This document shows positions 28,446 through 36,833 of a stretch of 64,000 bases of DNA, one piece after another. Each line of letters starts with the position of its first letter. Position 1 is the stretch's first letter. A model generated the notes under the pieces. That model saw nothing but the letters and a program-made list of their open reading frames with translations. It ran no database searches and was not told where the DNA came from. This stretch comes from Chloroflexota bacterium (GTDB lineage Bacteria; Chloroflexota; Dehalococcoidia; UBA2979), in assembly GCA_947479915.1 (NCBI GenBank), contig CANKAU010000001.1, positions 89,977 through 153,976 on the forward strand, in the 5' to 3' direction. A program made the position numbers and the translations under genes.

Positions 28446-29423
28446 GTGAGGCTGTTCGGACGCGGGAAGCAGGCCGAGGAGGAACGCGACCAGGCGACCG
28501 AGCAGGCGCTTGAGCGCACGCGGCGCTCGTTCTTCGGGCGCGTGGCCGGCCTCTTCACCAGCAGCGACATCACTGACGAGACGTGGGAGTCGCTCGAAGA
28601 GGTGCTGATCGGCGCCGACGCTGGCGTGCAGACCGCAATCGAGGTGCTGGACGCTGTCCGCGCCCGCAAGCCGCGTCGCACCGAAGAGCTCCGCGCGATG
28701 CTCGCTGAAGAGCTGACCCGCATCCTCGAGTCCGCGGCCGAGCCGCGCGGCCGCCTCTGGGGGCTGCCCGAAGGCACCGAGGAGCCGTCGAAGCCCTTCG
28801 TGGTGCTCGTCGTCGGCGTGAACGGCAGCGGCAAGACGACCGCGATCGGCCGCCTCGCGTACGCCTACCAGCAGGAGGGTCGTCGTGTGATGGCCGCGGC
28901 CGGTGACACGTTCCGCGCCGCCGCGATCGAACAATTGCAGGAGTGGGGCCGGCGACTCGACTTCGATGTCGTCGCACAGGGGACGGGCGCCGACCCGGCC
29001 GCCGTCGCCTACGACGCGATTGAGGCAGCGCGGGCCCGTGGCCACGACGTGGTGCTGATCGACACGGCGGGCCGCCTGCAAAACAAGCAGAACCTCATGG
29101 ATGAGCTCTCGAAGGTGCGCCGCGTCATCGAACGACACGTCGAGCGCGGCCCCGACGAGGTGCTGCTGGTCCTCGACGCATCGACCGGCCAGAACGGGCT
29201 GTCGCAGGCTCGGGCCTTCGCCGACTCTGCGCAGGTCACCAGCGTGATGCTCACCAAGCTCGACGGCACGGCGAAGGGCGGCATCGTGTTCGCGATCGCG
29301 CGCGAGTTCGGGCTGCCGGTTCGCTTCGTGGGCACCGGCCAGCGCGAGGGCGACCTCGCGCCGTTCGACCCGCGCTCCTTCGTGCAGTCACTCCTCGGCG
29401 ACCCCGCCGCCACCGAGGCCTGA
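28446..29423 (+). CDS. ftsY: signal recognition particle receptor FtsY (short form)
   Basis: SRP GTPase motifs GVNGSGKTT, DTAGR and TKLDGTAKGG. It follows the conserved rnc-smc-ftsY order. Confidence 0.9.
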   Translation: MRLFGRGKQAEEERDQATEQALERTRRSFFGRVAGLFTSSDITDETWESLEEVLIGADAGVQTAIEVLDAVRARKPRRTEELRAMLAEELTRILESAAEPRGRLWGLPEGTEEPSKPFVVLVVGVNGSGKTTAIGRLAYAYQQEGRRVMAAAGDTFRAAAIEQLQEWGRRLDFDVVAQGTGADPAAVAYDAIEAARARGHDVVLIDTAGRLQNKQNLMDELSKVRRVIERHVERGPDEVLLVLDASTGQNGLSQARAFADSAQVTSVMLTKLDGTAKGGIVFAIAREFGLPVRFVGTGQREGDLAPFDPRSFVQSLLGDPAATEA

Positions 29424-29436
29424 GTCCGGCGGCGCG

Positions 29437-31737
29437 ATGACCGACGCCGCGATCCACCTCCTCGCCTGGTACGCGATCCTCGCGCTGGTCGGCCTGTGCG
29501 CGCTGCTGCCAGCGGCGGTGCTGTGCGACCGACTCGCGACGCGCGGCGTGCTGCTCGCCCGGCCGCTCGGCCTCGCCGTCATCGCGGTGGCGTGCTGGGT
29601 GGTCGCATGGTTCGGCTGGCTACCGTACGGCACGCCACTTGCCGCGGGCGCGCTGGTGGCGCTGGGCGCGTGGAGCGTTGTCATTGCGCGACGCCGGCCC
29701 GAGGTCCTCGCCGCAGTCCGCGCCGGCCGCTCCACGATCCTCGCCGGCGAGGTGCTGTGCGCGGTCGTGTTTGCGCTCGTGCTGATCGCGCGCGTGCAGG
29801 CGCCCGACGCGGTCGGCACCGAGAAGCCCATGGATCTGATGATGATCACCGCGGTGCACGAGGCGCGACGGATGCCGCCGCCCGATCCGTGGCTCTCTGG
29901 TCATACGCTCTCCTACTACTACCTCGGGCATCTCGGGGCGGACGTCCTCGGACGGCTCTCCGGCAATGCTCCCGATGTCGCATTCAACCTCGCGACGGCA
30001 ACGGCGGGCGCACTCGCCGCGGTCGCGATGGCGGGACTCGCCATCGATGTGCTCGCGCTCGGCCGCAGCGGGGCGCGTGTGGCGCCTCGGGCGAAGCTCG
30101 TCGCGTCGGGCGTGGCGATCGGCACGCTGCTGCTTGTGACGCCGCTGGTCGGGCTCGTGAACCTCGCGGCGGCGAACGGGATCGGGGATCCTGCGTGGTG
30201 GGCGGCGCTCGGTGTGCAGGACGTGCCGGTGGCCCCGGGCGCGCTGAGCGGCGTGCCGACCACATTCTGGTGGTGGTGGACAAACACCCGCGTGCTGCCC
30301 GAGACGATCAACGAGTTCCCCGCGTTCACGCTGATCCTCGGCGACCCGCACGCGCACCTGCTCGCGTTGCCGATCGACCTCGTCGCAGTCGCTCTCGCAG
30401 TCGGGACGTTCGAGGGCGGCACACCGCTGACGTGGCGTCGCTGGACGCGCGACCCCGAGCGCCTCGCGCTCACCGGCGTGGTCTTCGCCGCGATCGTCAT
30501 GACGAACGCGTGGGACATCTTCATCTACGGCGCCCTGTGGGGCGCCGCCGGGACGATCGCGTTCCTGCGTACCGGCTGGTCGGCGCTCCCGGCGGTGATG
30601 GGCGTCGTACGGTGGGCGATGGCCCCGGTCGGCGTCGCCGCGGTGCTGGCGCTCGGCTTCCTCGAGTCCCTCGACGCGCCGCGACTCGGGCTGGCGCCGG
30701 TGATCGGCGAGCACTCCGATCCGCTGCGCTGGCTGCTCGTCTGGCTGCCGCCGCTGCTGCCGGTCCTCGCCGCGCTTGCGCTGCTCCGTCCACGCATCGA
30801 ACGGGGTGCCGCGGTGCGCGTGCTCTCGCTGGTTCTCGCGCCGATCGCCGGGTGGATCGGGCTGGTGCTGAACGCGACAGGCCCCGCCGAGTTCATGGCG
30901 CGCGGCACCGGGTGGGCGGTCATGCTTGGGCTCGTCGCGGCGATCACGCTGGTTGCGAGCGCCGCGATCACGGCGGACGGGCGGCTCGACCGGGCGCTCG
31001 CGACGGCGCTCGCGCTGCTGGGTGCGGCGCTGGTCGTGTTGCTGGCGACGGAGTTGTTCCGCGTCGCGGACGCCTTCCCCGGGCGGTTCAACACCGTGTT
31101 CAAGTTCTGGTTCAACACCTGGGCGCTGGTCGCGCTGGCCGCGGGAGCACTCGCCGGCCTCGCCGCGGAGCGCGCGAGGCTCCCCGTGCACGCGCTTGGA
31201 CAGGAGGCGGTGCGCCTCGGCGTGCCGGTCGCGGGGGCGGTGGCGCTGCTGACCGCGCTGTACCTGCCGGCGATGGCGGTCAGCCGGGCGCGCGAGGGTC
31301 AGTCGCCCAGCATGAGCGGTGTGGCACATCTGCAACGCAGCGATCCCGGACTCTATGCGACGATCGCCTGGGCGCGCGGGCGTCTCGACCCGACGCATGA
31401 TGTGGTGGCACAGGCCGTCTCGGAAAGTTACACCACGGGCAATATGCTGGCGGTCGCGACGGGCGTGCCGACGCTGCTGGGCTGGCCGAACCACGAGCGC
31501 CAGTGGCGGCGCGCGATCCCTGAGGCGGAGCGGCGCGAGGCGGTGCAGGCGATCTACGCTGGTGGCCCCGGGGCCGCCTCGACGGCGCGGCGCTTCGGCG
31601 TGACGTACGTGTACGTCGGACGCGAGGAGCGGGCGGCGTTCGGTCGCGAGGTGGCCGACCGCTTTGTGGGCTGGCCGGTGGTAGTGAATGAGCAGGGGGC
31701 GCTGCTGCTGCAGGTGCCCGCCGTGGAGGCCCGATGA
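29437..31737 (+). CDS. DUF2298 / Chlor_Arch_YYY (TIGR03662-like) polytopic membrane protein
   Basis: 766 aa and highly hydrophobic. It carries the diagnostic motif SGHTLSYYYLGH. Confidence 0.8.
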   Translation: MTDAAIHLLAWYAILALVGLCALLPAAVLCDRLATRGVLLARPLGLAVIAVACWVVAWFGWLPYGTPLAAGALVALGAWSVVIARRRPEVLAAVRAGRSTILAGEVLCAVVFALVLIARVQAPDAVGTEKPMDLMMITAVHEARRMPPPDPWLSGHTLSYYYLGHLGADVLGRLSGNAPDVAFNLATATAGALAAVAMAGLAIDVLALGRSGARVAPRAKLVASGVAIGTLLLVTPLVGLVNLAAANGIGDPAWWAALGVQDVPVAPGALSGVPTTFWWWWTNTRVLPETINEFPAFTLILGDPHAHLLALPIDLVAVALAVGTFEGGTPLTWRRWTRDPERLALTGVVFAAIVMTNAWDIFIYGALWGAAGTIAFLRTGWSALPAVMGVVRWAMAPVGVAAVLALGFLESLDAPRLGLAPVIGEHSDPLRWLLVWLPPLLPVLAALALLRPRIERGAAVRVLSLVLAPIAGWIGLVLNATGPAEFMARGTGWAVMLGLVAAITLVASAAITADGRLDRALATALALLGAALVVLLATELFRVADAFPGRFNTVFKFWFNTWALVALAAGALAGLAAERARLPVHALGQEAVRLGVPVAGAVALLTALYLPAMAVSRAREGQSPSMSGVAHLQRSDPGLYATIAWARGRLDPTHDVVAQAVSESYTTGNMLAVATGVPTLLGWPNHERQWRRAIPEAERREAVQAIYAGGPGAASTARRFGVTYVYVGREERAAFGREVADRFVGWPVVVNEQGALLLQVPAVEAR

Positions 31738-33698
31738 GCGAAGCGATCGCCGACGCACCGCCCGACGAGGATCAGCGGTTCACGCTCATCGACCGCCTGC
31801 GCGCGATCGACGCTGTCGAATGGGGCGTGATCGCGTTGTTCGCGATCTCGCTGGTGCTGCACCTGTGGAACGTGGGGCCGCGCGCGTATCACCACGACGA
31901 GTCGCAGCACGCCGCCTTCTCGTACTACTTCTTCTCGGGCGCAGGGTACCGGCACGATCCGCTACTGCACGGACCGCTGCAGTTCCACGTGCTCGCGCTG
32001 ATCTTCAAGATCTTCGGTGATACCGACTTCACCGCGCGCGTCTTCCACGGGCTGATGGGCTCGCTGCTGGTGCTGACGCCACTGTGGTTCCGCCGCACGC
32101 TGAGCGGGCCGGGCGTCGTGCTGGCCGCGCTCTTCTTCGTGATCTCGCCGTCGATCCTCTACTACTCGAGGTTCGCGCGAAACGACGTCCCGGTGATCCT
32201 GTTCACGACGATGATGATCGCCGGGACGTGGCGCTATCGGACCGATCAGCGCCTCCGCTGGCTGCTGCTGGTCGCCGCGGGCCTCGCGTTGTCATTCGCC
32301 TCGAAGGAGACGACCTACATCGCGGCCGTGGTCCTGCTGCTGTACCTCAACGGTGCGCTGGCCCACAGCCTGTTCCAGCAGCAGCGTCGAGGCACCCGGG
32401 CCACGCTCCTCGACCGCGTCGCCGACGGCGTGTGGCTGTTCCCCACCGCGTGGCTGTTCGCGGCGCTGTGGCGTCCGCTGGCGCCGCTCCGCGCCCGACT
32501 CCGCCTCGAGGAACGACCGCCCGAGGCTGACGTGCTGGTGGTGGTGGGCACGCTCGTCCTCGGCGAGCTGTCCGCGCTGTCGCGGCTGCCACTCCATGTC
32601 GTGGGCGTCGAGGCAAGCGGCCCCCAGCACACGATGATCGCGACGGCCGTGGTGCTCGTCCTGCTCGCGGCCGCCGCGGGTGTCGGAGCGCTGTGGCGCT
32701 GGGACTGGTGGGTCGCCTGCGCCGCGGTGTTCTTCGCGATCACGGTGCCGCTGTACATGTCGATGGGCACGAACCTGCCCGGCGTCGGCGGGCTGTTCTG
32801 GAACTCACTGAGCTACTGGCTCGATCAGCAGGAGGTCCGCCGCGGCACGCAGCCGTGGTTCTACTACCTGATGATGGTGCCGCTCTACGAAATGCTGATC
32901 CTCATCCCTGGTGCGATCGGCGGCGCATGGCTGGCGATCCGCCGAGGCGACCACTTCGCCGCGATGCTGCTGTGGTGGATGGCGGGCACGCTGCTCGCAC
33001 TGTCCGTGGCCGGCGAGAAGATGCCGTGGCTCACCGTGCATATCGCACTGCCGCTGGTGCTACTCGCCGCGTACGTCCTCGGCCGCGTCTGGCCACGTGT
33101 CGCGAGCCGGATGCGCGAGGGCAGCGGGTCGCTGATGGCGTGGGCGGCGGGCGGCCTCGTGCTGGCGGTGCTCGCGCTGGCGCTGCTCATCACCGTGCGG
33201 ACGGACATCGGCCTGAACATCGGGCATCCGGACACGCCCGTGGAGCCGCTGATCTACGTGCAGACGACGCCGGAACTCCCGCGCCGCGCCACCGAGATCC
33301 AGCGCTGGATCGCCGAGGGCCGTGCGAGCTCGGTGGTGCTGGACGACTCGGACGGCACGGGCATCACCTGGCCGTGGGCGTGGTACCTGCGGCACGAGGG
33401 CATCACGTACCTCGGGGCAGACCAGGTCCAGCAGGGCGTCGACCCGCGGGCGATCGTGATCCGGGCGCGCGGGGATCGCCCGGCACCGAGGTCGCTCATC
33501 GATCGTTCGAGTGACGTGGTCGTCTATCGTCACCGGTGGTGGTTCCCCGAGGAGGGGTACCGCGGCGTGACGTGGACCGACCTGCGCGAAGGCGTCCTGG
33601 ACGGCTCGATGCTGCGGACGTGGGCGGCGTTCGCGTGGAACCGCGGCGACCCGGCGGCAATCGCGTCGCTGGACGGGGAGATCTACTTCCCGCGCTGA
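31734..33698 (+). CDS. TIGR03663-like membrane protein with PMT/ArnT-like (GT-C) N-terminal region
   Basis: 654 aa with the DE dipeptide (HHDESQHA) and HGP tripeptide (LLHGPLQFH) near the N-terminus, and multiple TM segments. ATGA overlap with the upstream gene. Confidence 0.75.
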   Translation: MSEAIADAPPDEDQRFTLIDRLRAIDAVEWGVIALFAISLVLHLWNVGPRAYHHDESQHAAFSYYFFSGAGYRHDPLLHGPLQFHVLALIFKIFGDTDFTARVFHGLMGSLLVLTPLWFRRTLSGPGVVLAALFFVISPSILYYSRFARNDVPVILFTTMMIAGTWRYRTDQRLRWLLLVAAGLALSFASKETTYIAAVVLLLYLNGALAHSLFQQQRRGTRATLLDRVADGVWLFPTAWLFAALWRPLAPLRARLRLEERPPEADVLVVVGTLVLGELSALSRLPLHVVGVEASGPQHTMIATAVVLVLLAAAAGVGALWRWDWWVACAAVFFAITVPLYMSMGTNLPGVGGLFWNSLSYWLDQQEVRRGTQPWFYYLMMVPLYEMLILIPGAIGGAWLAIRRGDHFAAMLLWWMAGTLLALSVAGEKMPWLTVHIALPLVLLAAYVLGRVWPRVASRMREGSGSLMAWAAGGLVLAVLALALLITVRTDIGLNIGHPDTPVEPLIYVQTTPELPRRATEIQRWIAEGRASSVVLDDSDGTGITWPWAWYLRHEGITYLGADQVQQGVDPRAIVIRARGDRPAPRSLIDRSSDVVVYRHRWWFPEEGYRGVTWTDLREGVLDGSMLRTWAAFAWNRGDPAAIASLDGEIYFPR

Positions 33699-33795
33699 AC
33701 GGCGCGCTGGGGACCACGGCGGCAGCCGTGACGCAGCACACGAGGATCGCAGACACTGGACGGGCCGTCCGGAAGCAGCGCGGCAGGGAGTCCCG

Positions 33796-34806
33796 ATGCG
33801 CCAACTCCGGATCTGGCTGGGCAGCGCGATCAGCCTGGCGTTTCTCGTACTCCTGCTCTGGCGCGTGGATCGCGTGGAGCTGTGGGCGGCGCTGCGTCAG
33901 GTGAATGCGTGGTGGCTGCTGCCGGCGCTGGGCGCCTTCGCCCTCTCGATCGCGGTGCGGGTGGTGCGCTGGCGGATCATCCTCGACCGCGTGCAGCCGG
34001 TTCCGACGAGCGATGCGGCGGAGCTGCTGCTGATCGGCGCGGCGGCGAACAACATCCTCCCCGCGCGCACCGGCGAGATCGTGCGCGCCGTGCTGCTGCA
34101 ACGACGACACGGTGGCTCGATGGTCACAGCGCTCGGCACCATCGTCGTCGAGCGGATCTTCGACGGACTGATCCTCGCGCTGATGCTCGCAGCGACGCTC
34201 GCGGTCCTCGGCAGCAACACCGTGCTGCGCAACGTCGCGCTCGTCGCGGGCGCGGCGTTCACCGCGATCGCGCTCGTTCTCGTCGCCCTCGCCCTGCTGC
34301 CGGTGCTGACGCGGCGGCTCATCGATGCGGTGCTCACGGTCCCACCGGCCGCGATCGGCGGCCCGCTGCGCGCGCTGGCGAACCGCTTCCTCGACGGACT
34401 GACCTCGCTGGGCGGACCGGGCACGTGGGCGCTCGTCGCCACCGCGTCGGCGGCGACGTGGATGCTCGAAGGTGCCTCGTACTGGCTGGTCGGCATCGGC
34501 TTTGGGCTGCCGCTCTCCCCGATCGTCTACCTCGCGGTCTGCGGCGCAGCGAACCTCACGGTGGCCGTCCCCAGCACCTCTGGCGCGATCGGGCCGTACG
34601 AGTTCCTCGCCCGCGAGGTCGTGGTGTACTTCGGTGCGAGCGCGGCAGCGGGCACGGCCTACGCGATCGGCGTGCACGCGTTCGTGCTGCTGCCGGTGAC
34701 GCTGGTCGGGCTGCTGCTGCTCTGGCGGCGCGACCTCGGCCTCGGCGACCTCGCGCGTGCCGAGGGCATCGAGGCGGGGAGCGATCGAGCGGAGGTGCCG
34801 CGGTGA
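33796..34806 (+). CDS. flippase-like domain (MprF C-terminal/UPF0104-like) membrane protein
   Basis: 336 aa and polytopic, containing LIGAAANNILPARTGEIVRAVLL, the pattern of flippase-like/lysylphosphatidylglycerol synthase TM-region proteins. Confidence 0.65.
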   Translation: MRQLRIWLGSAISLAFLVLLLWRVDRVELWAALRQVNAWWLLPALGAFALSIAVRVVRWRIILDRVQPVPTSDAAELLLIGAAANNILPARTGEIVRAVLLQRRHGGSMVTALGTIVVERIFDGLILALMLAATLAVLGSNTVLRNVALVAGAAFTAIALVLVALALLPVLTRRLIDAVLTVPPAAIGGPLRALANRFLDGLTSLGGPGTWALVATASAATWMLEGASYWLVGIGFGLPLSPIVYLAVCGAANLTVAVPSTSGAIGPYEFLAREVVVYFGASAAAGTAYAIGVHAFVLLPVTLVGLLLLWRRDLGLGDLARAEGIEAGSDRAEVPR

Positions 34807-36191
34807 AGGTGATCGTGATCGGTGCGGGCGTCGCCGGGCTCGCCGCCGCTTACGACCTGGCCAAGCGCGGCCACGAGGTCGCGGTGTACGAAGCGAGCGA
34901 CCGTCCCGGCGGGCAGGTGCGCACGTTCCTCGTCGGCGGTGGCCGCGTGGAGATCTTCTACCACCACCTGTTCCGCTCCGACACGGACATCGTCGCGCTG
35001 ATCGATGAACTGGGGCTGGGCGACGACCTCCAGTGGATCGACTCGAACGTGGGGCTGCACGCCGGGGGGAGGAACTACCCCTTCGTCGGCCCGATCGACC
35101 TGCTGCGCTTCGACCGCGTCTCGCTGCTCACGCGCGTGCGCCTCGGCCTGGGCGCGCTGTACCTGCGCCGCTACACGCAGTGGCACAACTTCGAGGGCAA
35201 GCGCGCTGCCGAGTGGATCCGCCGCTGGGTCGGGCGCGAGGGCTACGACGCCGTATGGGGGCCGCTGCTGCGCGCCAAGTTCCGCAGCCACGCGGAGGAC
35301 GTGAGCCTGGTCTGGTTCTGGGGCAAGCTGCACCTCCGCTTCGCCTCGCGGCAGGCGAAGGGCGGCCTCGCGGGGCTCTTTGCGAAGGAGCAGCTCGGCT
35401 ACCTGCGCGGATCCTTCGGTCGGCTGATCGACGCGCTCGTCGCAGCGACGGCGGTGCGCGGCGGCACGCTGCACCTCGGCGCGCCCGTGGAGCGCGTGCT
35501 GATCGAGACCACGCCGTCCGGGGAGAGCCGCGCCACCGGCGTCCGCCTCGCCGACGGCACCGAGGCGCGCGCGGACGCCGTCCTCGCGACCGTGCCGTCC
35601 GAGTGGTTCGCGCGGATGGTGCCGGACCTCGCGGAGCGGGATGCGCGCTACGCGGAGATGCTGCGGTCGGTGCAGTACCAGTGGGCCACCGTCCTCGCGA
35701 TCACGCTCGATCGCCCGCTGTCGCCCATCTACTGGCTGACCATGACCGACCCGGACTGCCCGTTCGTGGTCGCCGTGGAGCAGACGAACTTCATGCCGCC
35801 CTCGGACTACGGCGGGGAGCACCTGCTGTACCTGTCGAACTACGTCGATCCCGGCGACCCGACCACCGAGCAGACGGCGGACGAAGTCTTCGATCGGCAC
35901 GAGCCGTACCTGAAGCGCATCAACCCCGCGTTCGATCGGTCGTGGGTGCACGAGAAATGGCTGTTCACGGACCGCGCGGGGCAGCCGGTGGTGAATGCCC
36001 GCTACCACGAGACCATCCCGCCGCACCGGACGCCGGTGCCCGGCCTGTACCTCGCGAACACGACGCAGATCTACCCGGAGGACCGGGGCCAGAACTACTC
36101 GATCCGCATGGGCGTCCGCGTCGCGCGCCTCCTCGAGCAGGACATGACGTCGAGGCTGCCGGTTCCGGAGCCGGAGGCGCCTTCGGCGTAG
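34803..36191 (+). CDS. FAD-dependent oxidoreductase (amine oxidase/phytoene desaturase-like family)
   Basis: N-terminal dinucleotide fold VIVIGAGVAGLAAAYDLAKRGHEVAVYEASDRPGG. GTGA start/stop overlap with the flippase-like gene. Confidence 0.8.
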   Translation: MKVIVIGAGVAGLAAAYDLAKRGHEVAVYEASDRPGGQVRTFLVGGGRVEIFYHHLFRSDTDIVALIDELGLGDDLQWIDSNVGLHAGGRNYPFVGPIDLLRFDRVSLLTRVRLGLGALYLRRYTQWHNFEGKRAAEWIRRWVGREGYDAVWGPLLRAKFRSHAEDVSLVWFWGKLHLRFASRQAKGGLAGLFAKEQLGYLRGSFGRLIDALVAATAVRGGTLHLGAPVERVLIETTPSGESRATGVRLADGTEARADAVLATVPSEWFARMVPDLAERDARYAEMLRSVQYQWATVLAITLDRPLSPIYWLTMTDPDCPFVVAVEQTNFMPPSDYGGEHLLYLSNYVDPGDPTTEQTADEVFDRHEPYLKRINPAFDRSWVHEKWLFTDRAGQPVVNARYHETIPPHRTPVPGLYLANTTQIYPEDRGQNYSIRMGVRVARLLEQDMTSRLPVPEPEAPSA

Positions 36192-36215
36192 GGCGGTGCC
36201 CGGGGCTGGGCCGCC

Positions 36216-36244
36216 TTGAGCGCCCTGTGGGGCGCCCGTATAGT
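36216..36244 (+). promoter_or_regulatory. putative sigma70-like promoter (TTGAGC-17-TATAGT) upstream of nuoE-like gene
   Basis: A near-consensus -35/-10 pair with a 17-nt spacer, 70 nt upstream of the nuoE-like ATG. Confidence 0.4.
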
Positions 36245-36314
36245 GACCTGGTCGGACTGTGAATTCGCGCACGAGCCGCGCAGAACGGCCACTGGCCGTG
36301 GTGAGAGGCGCCCG

Positions 36315-36833
36315 ATGCCGCTGGAAACCGAGTCCCGCGCGCAGATCCGCGCGCTGATCGCCGAATTCCGCCCGAACCACGGCGATCTCCTCGCCACGCT
36401 CCACCGGATCCAGCACGAGTACGGCTACCTCTCCCGCGAGGCCCTCGAGGTCGTCGCGGAGCAGTTGCACCTGTTCGCCGCGCAGGTCTACGGCGCGGCC
36501 TCGTATTACGAGGAGTTCCGCTTCGAGCCGCCCGCCGCGGTCGACATCCGCTGGTGTTCCGGCCCCGCGTGCCGCGCCCGCAACGGCGGCGGCATCCGCG
36601 ACGCGCTCCTCGCGACGCTCGCCGTGCAGATGAACGGGCAGACCGAGGACGGGCGCGTCGGCGTGCGCCTCGGGCAGTGCATCGGCACCTGCGAGCTCGC
36701 GCCGCAGGTCTGGATCGAGGAGCGCGCGTCCCACACCAACGAGGTCGTCGGCAACCTGAACGCCGCGAAGGCCGTGCGCCTCGCGCGCGCGCTGCGTGAT
36801 GGGGCAACGGCCCAGGAGGTGCTCCGTGGCTAG
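36315..36833 (+). CDS. nuoE: NuoE-like thioredoxin-fold [2Fe-2S] ferredoxin (NADH dehydrogenase 24 kDa subunit family)
   Basis: Four Cys in CSGPAC...CIGTC. GAGAGG RBS 5 nt upstream. Confidence 0.8.
   Translation: MPLETESRAQIRALIAEFRPNHGDLLATLHRIQHEYGYLSREALEVVAEQLHLFAAQVYGAASYYEEFRFEPPAAVDIRWCSGPACRARNGGGIRDALLATLAVQMNGQTEDGRVGVRLGQCIGTCELAPQVWIEERASHTNEVVGNLNAAKAVRLARALRDGATAQEVLRG

Noticed and set aside
29620-31758. 712-aa minus-strand ORF
   Set aside because: It is antisense to the DUF2298 membrane protein gene and its translation is Arg/Pro-rich.
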